From: an uncultured Verrucomicrobiae bacterium
GTDB lineage: Bacteria > Verrucomicrobiota > Verrucomicrobiia > Chthoniobacterales > Chthoniobacteraceae
Reading direction: 5' to 3'
Length of the DNA: 64,000 nt
NCBI GenBank assembly: GCA_963769025.1
Contig: CAVYKI010000009.1
Coordinates: 64,001 to 128,000 of the forward strand
The stretch's first letter is position 1; each line of letters begins with the position of its first letter. Below, piece after piece: positions 9,068 through 18,382 of this stretch. Made by a program: the position numbers and the translations under genes. Below the pieces are notes generated by a model, which worked only from the letters and a program-made list of their open reading frames with translations, searched no databases and was not told the DNA's origin.

Positions 9068-10777
9068 TCAAACGATCGCGGACCGCGCCTTGCGCGAGGC
9101 ATCGCCGCCGGGGCGGAAGGGGGAGACTTTCACCACGTTCTCCGCGTCGTGGTCGATCAGGTGCAGCCAGTCTTCGGTGATGTCCGTGGGCGGGAAGATG
9201 TCATTCTCGCCGTATTCCGCTTCGAGGGAGATGAGCAGGTCGCTCTCGCTGATGCCCTCTTCCTTGCCGGTCGCGAGGGCGCGCTTGATGGCGAGCGCCT
9301 TGGCGCGTTCGACGATGCTCGCGATGATTGCGCCGCTGACGAGGTCGCCGCGATACAGTGTCTCCTTGCGTCCGCTGCGGAGCGTGATGCTGAGAAAGCG
9401 GTTTTCGTCGCGGTGCGCGAATTGCGTTTCGATCACGCGCTCCGAGAGGTGGCGGATGACGGGTTCGACGCCGCCTTTCTCCGCGAGCAGCGCGGGGTCG
9501 TACGGCAGATTTGGCGTGAGGTAGATGCGGTAAATCTCCTCTGCACCCTCGCGGGTCGGGCGGTTGACTTTGATTTTCCGGTCGATGCGGCCCGGCCGGA
9601 GAATGGCGGGATCGATGAGATCCGCCCGGTTGCTCGCGATGATGATGACGGCGTCGTTCAGGCTTTCGAGCCCGTCCATCTCGGTGCAAAACATCGGCAC
9701 CAGCGTGCTGAGGATGCTGTTGAACCGTCCGGCGCGGCGCGTGCCGAGGATGCTCTCGGCTTCGTCGATGAACACAAATGGCAGGTAGCCCTCGCGGCGT
9801 TTCTCGCGCGCGGTGGCGAAGATCTCGCGGACGATGCGTTCGCTTTCGCCGACCCACATGTTGAGGATTTCCGGCCCCTTGATGTGCATGAAAAACTCGC
9901 GCATTTCCTGTCCGGTCTGCGCGCGGAGCTGCTGGGTGAGATTCCACGCGGTTGCCTTGCCGATGAGTGTCTTGCCGCAGCCCGGGGGACCGTAGAGCAG
10001 GAAGCCTTTTGGCGTCGCGTGCTGGAACTTCGCGTAAAGCTCCGGGTGGAGCAGCGGGCCTTCGATGGCTTCGCGAATGGCGCCGATGGCCTCGTGCTGT
10101 CCGCCGACCTTGTCCCACGGCAATTCGGGCACGGTGTCGAGGTAGTATTCGTTGCCCTTGGAACGCGCGAGGACTTCGAGCGCGACCCGGAAGTTCGCAT
10201 CGGCCCGCACATCGTCGCCGGGCTTCAGCTTTTCCTTCGCGAGCAGTTCGCTGCGGTAAAGCACGACGCTCTGCTGCCCCGCCTCGCCGCCCACGCGTAT
10301 GCGGTCGTTGCCGAGCAGCTCCGCGACTTTCACCACCGGCCCGGCGCGGTCATAGCCAAGGTCGCCGACGACGACATAGGCTTCGTTCACCAGCACGCGC
10401 GTGCCGCGCCGGAATCCGCGCAGATCCAGCCGGGGATCGACGTTGCAGTAAAACTCGGACCCGCCGACGACGATCTGCGCGAGCATCGCGGGCCGCCCTT
10501 CGTCGAAGCGCGGATAGGAGGTTACAAACGTTCCGATGCGGTTCGCGGGCGAAGTCACCTTTTGCAGCGCGGCTTCGAGCTTCTCGATGGTGTCATGCGC
10601 CTCGGCCATGATGTCCTCGCGCTCCGCGACCTCCGCCCGGATGTCGAGGAGCCTCGTGCGCGTCGGGTCGCCGGGCGGGAGTTGTGCGATCAGAAGTTCG
10701 ACGCGTGCCAGGAGTCCGGTCGGCTCATCGGGGGACGAAGCTCCCCCTTCGTGCGCCGGAGAAAAATGCTCGTCCAT
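9068..10777 (-). CDS. arc: Proteasome-associated AAA ATPase (ARC/Mpa family)
   Basis: N-terminal coiled coil, OB-fold region, Walker A YGPPGCGKTLIGKA, IKGPEILNMWVGESER, Walker B VFIDEAE, ASNRADLIDPAILRPGRIDRKIKV, and the ARC-type tail SGAIIASIVERAKALAIKR...ENDIFP. Confidence 0.85.
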   Translation of the reverse strand: MDEHFSPAHEGGASSPDEPTGLLARVELLIAQLPPGDPTRTRLLDIRAEVAEREDIMAEAHDTIEKLEAALQKVTSPANRIGTFVTSYPRFDEGRPAMLAQIVVGGSEFYCNVDPRLDLRGFRRGTRVLVNEAYVVVGDLGYDRAGPVVKVAELLGNDRIRVGGEAGQQSVVLYRSELLAKEKLKPGDDVRADANFRVALEVLARSKGNEYYLDTVPELPWDKVGGQHEAIGAIREAIEGPLLHPELYAKFQHATPKGFLLYGPPGCGKTLIGKATAWNLTQQLRAQTGQEMREFFMHIKGPEILNMWVGESERIVREIFATAREKRREGYLPFVFIDEAESILGTRRAGRFNSILSTLVPMFCTEMDGLESLNDAVIIIASNRADLIDPAILRPGRIDRKIKVNRPTREGAEEIYRIYLTPNLPYDPALLAEKGGVEPVIRHLSERVIETQFAHRDENRFLSITLRSGRKETLYRGDLVSGAIIASIVERAKALAIKRALATGKEEGISESDLLISLEAEYGENDIFPPTDITEDWLHLIDHDAENVVKVSPFRPGGDASRKARSAIV

Positions 10778-11100
10778 CGTTTGGCGGAACATACATCACA
10801 ACGCGCTCCGCGCAATTCGTGCGGGGGATTTTGCGACGATGCCGCGCGGTTTGCGGACTTCGTTCGGCGCGTGGGGCGAACCCGCAGCATGGAAGCCGAG
10901 GCGCACGTTTGGTCGCATTCGCAGCGAAGATAAATCCGTTCGAGGGGATTTACTGGAAGCAGTTCGGCGGCGGTTCGGACGAGGCGCTGCTCAGGCGGAT
11001 GGATCCCGCTCAATTTTCCGACGGAGAAATGCGGGCAATTCCAAAGGGACAAAACCGGAAGCCGACGCAATAGTCGGGCTGACGAACTCGACTCGAAACC

Positions 11101-12324
11101 ATGTCATTCCCCAATCCATTCCACATTCTCGCGTTCTCCGCGGGCCTCGCCGCATCGGGACTCGTTATGCCGACGAACGCTTTCGAGCCAGTCCGGTACG
11201 ACGTCCGTCTCGAAACGGTGTGCGACGGATTTGACGGCGAGTATTGCTGGTTCCACCCACGTGCCGGCGCGATTCCCGGTCCGACACCGACGGTCGTCCT
11301 CACGATGCAAAAGTGGTGGCTGCGGCAGAGCGATGTCTTTCTTCCCGTCCAGTCGATGGTCTCGACCGATCTCGGCAAGACTTGGAGCCACGCCGTGGAG
11401 CATGCGGCCACGCTGGGCCGGCATGCGCCGGTGGATGGGATCGAGGAGGGCATCTGTGACTTCACTCCGAAGTGGCACGCGAAATCCGGGACGCTCCTCG
11501 GCACCGGCCATACGGTGCAATACAAGGACAACAAGCTCGTCGCCGTGCGGCCGCGCGGCGCGGTGTGGTCCGTCCGCGATGCGAAGTCCGGCGAGTGGAC
11601 GCCGTGGCAGACGCTGGCGCTGCCGGACGAGGCGAAATTCTGGAACGCGGGCGCGGGCTGCACGCAGCGCGTGGACCTGGAAGACGGCACCGTGCTGCTC
11701 CCGATCTACTTCAAGGCCGCCAACACCAAGGCGTATTCGACCACCGTGCTGCGCTGCACTTTCGACGGGCGGAAACTCACCTACGCCGCGCACGGCAGCG
11801 AGCTGAACGTGGACATCGATCGCGGGCTCTATGAGCCGTCGCTTGCGAAATTCGGCGGCAAGTTTTTCCTCACCATGCGCAACGACCGCGCCGCCTATGT
11901 CGCCACCAGCGCGGACGGCCTGACTTTCGGCGAACCGCGCAAGTGGACCTTCGACGACGGTGCCGACCTGGGCAGCTACAACACGCAGGCGCACTGGGTC
12001 ACGCACAGCGACGGGCTTTTCCTCACCTACACGAGGCGCGGAGCGAACAACGACAACGTCGTGCGCCATCGCGCTCCGCTCTTCATCGCGCAGGTGGACC
12101 CCGAGCGTCTTGTTGTCATCCGCTCGACGGAGCGCGAACTGGTGCCGAACAAGGGCGCGCAGCTCGGCAATTTTGCCGTGGTGGACGTGAGCGAAAAGGA
12201 GACGTGGGTCACGACCTCCGAGGGCATGGCGCCGCGCGGCTCGGAGAAATTCGGAGCCAACGGCCGCGTGTATGCGGCGCGCCTCCTGTGGGAAAAGCCG
12301 AACACCGAGTGGAACCGGCACTGA
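11101..12324 (+). CDS. Secreted BNR/Asp-box beta-propeller protein (sialidase-like)
   Basis: Signal peptide; Asp-boxes STDLGKTWS and SADGLTFG; RGLYEPSL and RHRAPLF. Confidence 0.75.
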   Translation: MSFPNPFHILAFSAGLAASGLVMPTNAFEPVRYDVRLETVCDGFDGEYCWFHPRAGAIPGPTPTVVLTMQKWWLRQSDVFLPVQSMVSTDLGKTWSHAVEHAATLGRHAPVDGIEEGICDFTPKWHAKSGTLLGTGHTVQYKDNKLVAVRPRGAVWSVRDAKSGEWTPWQTLALPDEAKFWNAGAGCTQRVDLEDGTVLLPIYFKAANTKAYSTTVLRCTFDGRKLTYAAHGSELNVDIDRGLYEPSLAKFGGKFFLTMRNDRAAYVATSADGLTFGEPRKWTFDDGADLGSYNTQAHWVTHSDGLFLTYTRRGANNDNVVRHRAPLFIAQVDPERLVVIRSTERELVPNKGAQLGNFAVVDVSEKETWVTTSEGMAPRGSEKFGANGRVYAARLLWEKPNTEWNRH

Positions 12325-12445
12325 GCGGAACGCGCCGCGGTGAAATCCGAGGGGCCCGGCGGTTGATCGAGCGCAGTCTTGACCGGCGCGGTGCCGCGGC
12401 GCAGGAGTGGTGTGTGCGATTTAATAGCCACAGAAATTTTGCGGC

Positions 12446-12766
12446 ATGAATCCGCGGGACTTGCTCAAGTTCGCCGGTGGTCTTTTCGACGACCGGAAGC
12501 GCCCCTCGGAAGCCGATGCCGAGCAGGAGCGCCAGTGGCGGGCGTACATCATCCGTGCCCGTCAGCGCTGCCTGGAATACCGCGAACTGCGGTACTGCGG
12601 GACGTGCCATCTTTCCTTTCACGCATATCAGTCGTTCTGCGAAAAGTGCAACCACGCCACCGAGCCGCTGCCTGCGGCGTTTGCGGTGGAGTATGCGAAC
12701 GCCGAATTCCCCGATCTCGTCCGGACGCGCGACGATTTTGACAAGCTGATCCGCTACGGAAAGTGA
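12446..12766 (+). CDS. Hypothetical protein with CxxC...CxxC zinc ribbon
   Basis: CGTC-x10-CEKC; 106 aa filling an otherwise intergenic gap. Confidence 0.65.
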   Translation: MNPRDLLKFAGGLFDDRKRPSEADAEQERQWRAYIIRARQRCLEYRELRYCGTCHLSFHAYQSFCEKCNHATEPLPAAFAVEYANAEFPDLVRTRDDFDKLIRYGK

Positions 12767-14250
12767 GCCTCCGCGGCGCTGCGGAACCAGCCAAGGCGCT
12801 GCGGCAGGAGCGAGATGTTGATCTGTTTCGTCTCAAGATACTCGTCGAGTCCTGACGTGCCGAGCTCGCGACCCCAGCCGCTTTGCTTGTAGCCGCCCCA
12901 AGGCGCTTCGTTGAAGGTCGGGTGGTAGCAGTTCAGCCAGGTGATGCCCGCGCGAAGCTGCCGCAGCACGCGCAGGCCTTTAGCGCCGTCCTTTGTGAAT
13001 ACGCCGCCCGCGAGGCCGTAGATGGTGTCGTTCGCCAGCCGCACGGCTTCCTCCTCGGTGTCGAAGAGCTGCACGCATTGCACGGGCCCGAAGATTTCCT
13101 CGCGGACGATGCGCATGTCCGGCTGCGTCCCGGCGAAAATGGTCGGGGCGACAAAGTTTCCCTTGGCGTGCGTCGGACCGGTCAGGCGCTCGCCACCGCA
13201 GAGCAGTTGCGCCCCGTCGGCCTTGCCCATCTCGATGTAGCCGAGAACGCGCTCCATGTGCGCGGGCGTGATGAGCGGCCCCATCTCGGTCTCGGGCAGC
13301 AGGCCGTCGCCAACCGCGATTTTCCGCGAAGCGGCGGCGAGCTGAGGCAGGAATTGGTCCGCGATTTTCCGCTCAAGGATCAGCCGTGAGCCTGCGCTGC
13401 ACACCTCGCCCTGGCCGGCGAAGATTGCGAACATCGCGTACTCGAGCGCGACTTCGAGGTCGGCGTCGGCGAAGACTACGCAAGGCGACTTGCCGCCGAG
13501 TTCCAGCGTGACCTTCTTGATATTGCCGGTCGCGGCCTCGATGATCTTTCGCCCCGTCGCCGTGCCTCCGGTGAAGGCGATCTTGTCCACGAGATGCGAG
13601 ACGGCGAGCGCGTGCCCGGCGGTCGCGCCGGGGCCGGTGAGGAGTTGCGCGGAGCCGGGCGGGAACCCCGCCTCGGCGATCAGCTCGAACAGTCGGATGG
13701 CCGTCAGCGGAGTCGTCTCGGCGGGTTTCAGGATGCAGCAGTTCCCCGCGGCGAGGCCGGGCGCGAGTTTCCACGCAGCCATGAGCAGCGGGTAATTCCA
13801 CGGGATGATCTGGCCGCAGACACCCATCGGCTCGCGCACGACCATCGTCTGCATGTTTGGATCCGGCGTTTCAAAGGTTTGCCCGAGCGGCTTGGTGACC
13901 AGCCCCGCGAAGTAGCGGAAGCAATTTGCCGCGTCGCCGACGTCATACTTTGCCTCGCGGAGCGGCTTGCCGTTGTTGCGCGTCTCCAGCGTGGCGAGAT
14001 CCTCGGCGTTTGCGTCGATGAGATCCGCGAGCTTGAATAGCAATGCCGCGCGCTCCTGCGCCCGCATCTTCGGCCACGGGCCGGAATCGAATGCGCGCCG
14101 CGCGTGATCGGCGGCGATGTCCGCGTCGGTCGCCGAGGCATCCGCGACATTCGCGATGGGTTCGTTGTTCGCGGGATTGAGAACCGTGCGGGTGCCGCCC
14201 CCTGCCGCCTGTACCCACTCACCGCCGAGAAACATGGGGAGAGTCTTCAT
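12754..14250 (-). CDS. Aldehyde dehydrogenase (betaine-/aminoaldehyde dehydrogenase-like)
   Basis: IIPWNYP, KPAETTP, FTGGTATG, LELGGKSP, catalytic GQGEVCSAGSR, EEIFGPV, PWGGYKQSGWGRELG. Confidence 0.93.
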   Translation of the reverse strand: MKTLPMFLGGEWVQAAGGGTRTVLNPANNEPIANVADASATDADIAADHARRAFDSGPWPKMRAQERAALLFKLADLIDANAEDLATLETRNNGKPLREAKYDVGDAANCFRYFAGLVTKPLGQTFETPDPNMQTMVVREPMGVCGQIIPWNYPLLMAAWKLAPGLAAGNCCILKPAETTPLTAIRLFELIAEAGFPPGSAQLLTGPGATAGHALAVSHLVDKIAFTGGTATGRKIIEAATGNIKKVTLELGGKSPCVVFADADLEVALEYAMFAIFAGQGEVCSAGSRLILERKIADQFLPQLAAASRKIAVGDGLLPETEMGPLITPAHMERVLGYIEMGKADGAQLLCGGERLTGPTHAKGNFVAPTIFAGTQPDMRIVREEIFGPVQCVQLFDTEEEAVRLANDTIYGLAGGVFTKDGAKGLRVLRQLRAGITWLNCYHPTFNEAPWGGYKQSGWGRELGTSGLDEYLETKQINISLLPQRLGWFRSAAEAHFP

Positions 14251-14294
14251 GGCCCGATTATCCGCCGTCCCGCCGCGATTCGCAAGCGGACGAC

Positions 14295-15725
14295 TCAGCC
14301 CTGACGGATGATCAGGGTCTTGATCTCCGTCATCTCCTCCATCGCGTAGCGCAGTCCCTCGCGGCCAAAGCCGCTGTCCTTGATGCCGCCGTACGGCATG
14401 TTTTCCACGCGCCAAGTCGGCACCTGGTTGATGAGTACGCCGCCGACATCGAGTGCGTCGTAGGCGCGGAGAATCCGCCGGATGTCGTTCGTGAAGATGC
14501 CCGCCTGCAAGCCGAACCGGCTGTCGTTGACGAGGCGCAGCGCATCCTCAAACGCTTCGTAGCGGTGGAGCGTGACGATGGGCGCGAACAGCTCCTCCGT
14601 GCACGCAGCGTGCGAAAGTGGGACGTCCTCCAGCACCGTCGCCTCAAGGCAAAATCCGGTCGCTTTCCCGCCGGTGACGATGCGGCCGCCCGCTGCGACG
14701 GCTTCCGCGAGCGCCGCGCGGGTTTTTGCGAGCGCCTCGGCAGTGATCATCGGACCGACCACGGTGGCGCGATCCGTCGGGTCGCCGGTCTTCACTTTCT
14801 CGCGGATGTGCGTGACGAGCCGCGCCTTGAAATCGTCGTACACGTCCGTCTGCACGAAAATCCGCTGCACGCTGATGCACGACTGACCTGCGTTGCCGAA
14901 GCCGCCCGCCGCGATCATCGGCACGGCGGCGGTGAGGTCAGCGTCGGCTTGCACGATCACGCCGGCGTTGCCGCCGAGTTCGAGGCACACGCGCTTTTTC
15001 TCCGCGAGCGCCTTCAGGCGCCAGCCCACATCGGGGCTGCCGGTGAAGCTGATCATCTTCACGCGCTCATCGGTCACGAGGTGCGCGGCGTCCTCATTCG
15101 AGCAGGTCACGAAATTCATCTGACCCGCAGGCACGCCCGCATCCGCGAGCACCTCGGCGAGCAGGAGCGCGGTGAGCGGCGTCTTGCCCGCGGGCTTCAC
15201 GACCATGGTGTTTCCCGTCGCGAGGCAGGGCGCGACCTTGTGGGCGACGAGGTTCAGCGGGAAATTGAACGGCGTGATCGCGCCGATGACGCCGATGGGA
15301 AAGCGCCGCGAAATGCCGATGTGCCCCGCGCCCGGCGGCATCGCATCGAGCGCCAGGACCTCGCCGCTGGAGCCGTTCCAACGCCGCGCCTCTTCTGCGG
15401 CGCAGGTGAAGGTGTAAATTGCGCGATCCACTTCGGCCTCGGCGTAGGTGAGCGGCTTGCCCGCCTCGGCAACAATGGTCGCCGAGAATTCATCACGCCT
15501 CGCCTCAATCCCGACCGCGATGCGCTGCAGCAGCGCGGTTCGTTCGTGCGCGGGCACGTTGCGCGCGGCCGGGAACGCCGCATGGGCTGCGGCAATCGCG
15601 GCATCCAGCGTCCGTTCGTCGCCGAAGGAGACATGTGCGATTTCCTCGCCGGTGAATGGATTTCGCACCGGCAGTGTCGCTGTCGTATCGATCCATTTTC
15701 CGCCGATGAAGAGTCGTGTTTGCAT
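14295..15725 (-). CDS. Aldehyde dehydrogenase (lactaldehyde/GapN-like subfamily)
   Basis: ITPFNFPLNLVAHKVAP, FTGS, LELGGNA, NAGQSCISVQR, EELFAP, MPYGGIKDSGFGREG. Confidence 0.93.
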   Translation of the reverse strand: MQTRLFIGGKWIDTTATLPVRNPFTGEEIAHVSFGDERTLDAAIAAAHAAFPAARNVPAHERTALLQRIAVGIEARRDEFSATIVAEAGKPLTYAEAEVDRAIYTFTCAAEEARRWNGSSGEVLALDAMPPGAGHIGISRRFPIGVIGAITPFNFPLNLVAHKVAPCLATGNTMVVKPAGKTPLTALLLAEVLADAGVPAGQMNFVTCSNEDAAHLVTDERVKMISFTGSPDVGWRLKALAEKKRVCLELGGNAGVIVQADADLTAAVPMIAAGGFGNAGQSCISVQRIFVQTDVYDDFKARLVTHIREKVKTGDPTDRATVVGPMITAEALAKTRAALAEAVAAGGRIVTGGKATGFCLEATVLEDVPLSHAACTEELFAPIVTLHRYEAFEDALRLVNDSRFGLQAGIFTNDIRRILRAYDALDVGGVLINQVPTWRVENMPYGGIKDSGFGREGLRYAMEEMTEIKTLIIRQG

Positions 15726-15727
15726 GG

Positions 15728-16954
15728 CTATTTTTCGATGACCTCGCGTTTTTCGACGAAGATTTTCAGGCCTTCCTTGGAAAAATTGTCCATCAGCGCA
15801 TCCGGCGCGATTGCCTCCGGCATCATCACGCCGCGCTCGGGAATCGCACCCTCGACGATCAGCCGCGCGGCGAGCGCAGGCGGGATGCCGGTCTGGATGA
15901 CGGTGAGCGAGTAGCCATAGCGCTCGTAGGTCTCGTGGTGGCCGTCCATCGTGTAGATGAAGTACTCGACGCGCTTGCCGTCCTTCGTTCCGAGCACCTC
16001 TGTGCCGACGCACGAGTAGCCGTCCGCCGTCGCACCGAGCGTGGCGGGCTTCGGGAGGTTCGCGCAGGCGACGCGGACGGGGCTCACGTCCACTCCGTCC
16101 ACCTTCACTTTTTTCCACGTGTCGAGTTCGAGCAGCGCGAGGCTCTTCGCGAGCGAGACGACCTTGTCGCTGAGCGTGTATTTGAAGACGGAGTAGCGGA
16201 CGCCTTTCTCGACGAATGGTTTGTGGCGCCCGAGTGAGACGCCTTCCTCGTGCGCGACGGCGAATGTTTTCATGAGCCCGAGCGGCGGTGGGAAGCGGTG
16301 CCATTCGACCTCGGTCTCCAGCGGCTTGCCGGACACCACGCGCCCGTCCTTCACGAAATAGGGCACCGCGCCGAGCTCCTCAAAAAGCGTCTCGGGCGAG
16401 AACAGCACGGCAAAGCGGTAGCCTTTTACGTCGGCATTGTCGGCATCTAGCACGCGGATGCTCTCGGCGGTGTCGAGGCGGTCCATCGCCCACCGGGCGA
16501 AGACATTCACCGCGCCGGGGTCGCAGCCCATGCAGAGCAGGCCGAGAAGGTTTTTTTCGCGGAACCGCAGGTCGAATTTCTCGATCTCCGCCTCGTAGCT
16601 GTTCTTCGTCGGCCGCTTCACGCCGGGCGGCGAATAGATGTCGGCCGCCATGTCGAGGTAATGCGAGCCGGCCTGCGCGCAGGCTTCGAGGACGCTGTGG
16701 TTCACGTGCCAGGTGGCCGCGTTCAGCGTCACGGCAATCTGCTTTTCCTGCAAAAAGGCGGCGAGCTTTGGCGTTTCCATCGCGTTGAGCTGCACGACCT
16801 CGAAGCGGCTCTTCTTCGTGCGCTCGTGCAGGCGTTGCGCGTAGGTCGTGTCCACGTCGCCGAGGTAGATGCGCTCGAAGCACCCGTAGCCGTGCAGTTT
16901 TTGACCAATGACGGAACCCACTCCGCCCATTCCGATTACAAGTGCGTTGGCCAT
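15728..16954 (-). CDS. Saccharopine dehydrogenase / carboxynorspermidine dehydrogenase family protein
   Basis: Rossmann motif VIGMGGVG, HYLDMA, GCDPGAVNVF, FSPETLFEE, HEEG, TGIPP, GVMMPE. Confidence 0.85.
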   Translation of the reverse strand: MANALVIGMGGVGSVIGQKLHGYGCFERIYLGDVDTTYAQRLHERTKKSRFEVVQLNAMETPKLAAFLQEKQIAVTLNAATWHVNHSVLEACAQAGSHYLDMAADIYSPPGVKRPTKNSYEAEIEKFDLRFREKNLLGLLCMGCDPGAVNVFARWAMDRLDTAESIRVLDADNADVKGYRFAVLFSPETLFEELGAVPYFVKDGRVVSGKPLETEVEWHRFPPPLGLMKTFAVAHEEGVSLGRHKPFVEKGVRYSVFKYTLSDKVVSLAKSLALLELDTWKKVKVDGVDVSPVRVACANLPKPATLGATADGYSCVGTEVLGTKDGKRVEYFIYTMDGHHETYERYGYSLTVIQTGIPPALAARLIVEGAIPERGVMMPEAIAPDALMDNFSKEGLKIFVEKREVIEK

Positions 16955-17126
16955 GCAGGATCTTTGCCGAAGCCTCGCGCGCTGGCAAGTGTCGGCGATT
17001 CCGAGGAGTCCAACTTTGAGAATTCCGACGGACACTCACTGGCGACGATCTGTTTTTGGAACGGGAGCATTCGCGGCGGCACACTGCGCTTGCAAAGAAC
17101 TCCCGCGAGCAGGCAACGTCCGCTGC

Positions 17127-18245
17127 GTGCGCCTGCTCGACCGCTACATCGGACGTCAATTGCTGGTGTCGGCGATCTTCGCCGTCACCGTTCTCAGCGT
17201 GGTCCTGGTGCTGGGGAACATCTTCAAGAAGCTGCTCGATCTGCTGATCAACCAGGACGCGCCGGCGAGCCTTATCTTCACGTTCATCGCCTACGTCCTG
17301 CCGTACTCGCTCACGTTCACCATCCCGTGGGGATTCCAGACGGCGGTACTGCTGGTCTTCGGCCGGCTGTCGGCGGAAAACGAACTCACGGCGATGAAGG
17401 CGACCGGTGTGAGCATCTGGCGTCTGTGCATCCCGGTGTGGGTGCTGGCGGTGCTGCTCTCGGGCATTTGCCTCTGGATCAACCTCGAGGTGGCACCACG
17501 CGCGCAGCAGAGGATGAAGGATGCGCTTTTCCAAATCGCGACGGACAATCCGCTGGCGATGTTCGGGAGCGACAAGGTGATTGACGATTTTCCCGGACGG
17601 AAAATCTACGTGGAGAAAAGCGAGGGCAAGAAGCTCACGAACCTTTTCATCTACCAACTCGACGAGTACTACCGTGTGAAGAACGTGATGTATGCGCGGG
17701 AGGGGAATATCGGCATGGAAACCGTCCCGAAGTTGACGGACGTTGGCACCCCTTCTGAGGAGCGGCAGATCATCCTGACGCTCCGCCACGGCCTGTATGA
17801 GCAGCGCGATGAGGAACACCCGTACGATTTGTCGCGCATCCGGCAGGGGATCGTGGTGGAGGAGGGGAGCATCGCGATTTCGCTGAAGGAACTGTATGAA
17901 AAGCAGCGGAAGACGAAGAACGTCGCCGCGCTGCCGATAGGCGAGCTGCTCCTGAGCGAGAAACCGGAGAAGCGGGTGGAGCTGAGCAAACGCCTCGGCA
18001 ACGCGCTGGGGACCATCGCGCTCGCGCTGCTGGCCGTTCCGCTTGCGGTGACGGCGCAGCGCAAGGAGACGTCCGTCGGCTTTGCGATCAGCCTTGGTTT
18101 GGGGCTGTTTTATTATTTTCTCATCTTCATCGCCGACCTCGCCCGCAACCGTCCGGAATTGCATCCCGAGTTGCTCGTGTGGCTGCCGAACGTGCTCTTC
18201 TTCATCTTCGGTGCGTACCGCTTTGCGAAGCTAGCGCGCAGGTAA
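17127..18245 (+). CDS. LptF/LptG family LPS export permease
   Basis: LLDRYIGRQ start, FGRLSAENELTAMKATGVS, periplasmic beta domain, three C-terminal TMs ending in WLPN. Confidence 0.9.
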   Translation: MRLLDRYIGRQLLVSAIFAVTVLSVVLVLGNIFKKLLDLLINQDAPASLIFTFIAYVLPYSLTFTIPWGFQTAVLLVFGRLSAENELTAMKATGVSIWRLCIPVWVLAVLLSGICLWINLEVAPRAQQRMKDALFQIATDNPLAMFGSDKVIDDFPGRKIYVEKSEGKKLTNLFIYQLDEYYRVKNVMYAREGNIGMETVPKLTDVGTPSEERQIILTLRHGLYEQRDEEHPYDLSRIRQGIVVEEGSIAISLKELYEKQRKTKNVAALPIGELLLSEKPEKRVELSKRLGNALGTIALALLAVPLAVTAQRKETSVGFAISLGLGLFYYFLIFIADLARNRPELHPELLVWLPNVLFFIFGAYRFAKLARR

Positions 18246-18260
18246 GCTTCGGACGCCAAC

Positions 18261-18289
18261 TTGACAAGCGTTGCAGGGGCCCTTTCTCT
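18261..18289 (+). promoter_or_regulatory. Possible sigma70-type promoter for the PP2C gene
   Basis: Perfect TTGACA followed after 17 nt by TTCTCT, a weak -10. Confidence 0.3.
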
Positions 18290-18382
18290 GCGTGTTGTAA
18301 CCCGCACGTTGTGCATCGTCCCCCCCACCATCACAGTGACGCCCCGGCAGTCCGGCGCGGCCTTACCCAATCATGCATCGAG

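Noticed and set aside
9017..10933. 638-aa plus-strand ORF, representative of many long antisense ORFs (e.g. 26629-28926, 30951-33320, 38714-41260, 41813-43840, 57894-59915, 60003-62120)
   Set aside because: These are shadows of real genes in high-GC DNA with few stops on the opposite strand; no recognisable motifs.
10909..11073. 54-aa ORF divergent from arc (…GGGSDEALLRRMDPAQ…) with faint resemblance to UBact/Pup modifiers
   Set aside because: It ends KPTQ rather than G[E/Q], has only a TTG start, and is on the opposite strand to arc; the resemblance is too short to support.
11031..11085. GGGCAA...GACGCAA segment with hairpin CCGAC-GCAATA-GTCGG, reminiscent of a c-di-GMP-I riboswitch
   Set aside because: The GNRA-capped P2 stem and the receptor/P3 pattern are not properly formed; an Infernal/Rfam search would be needed.
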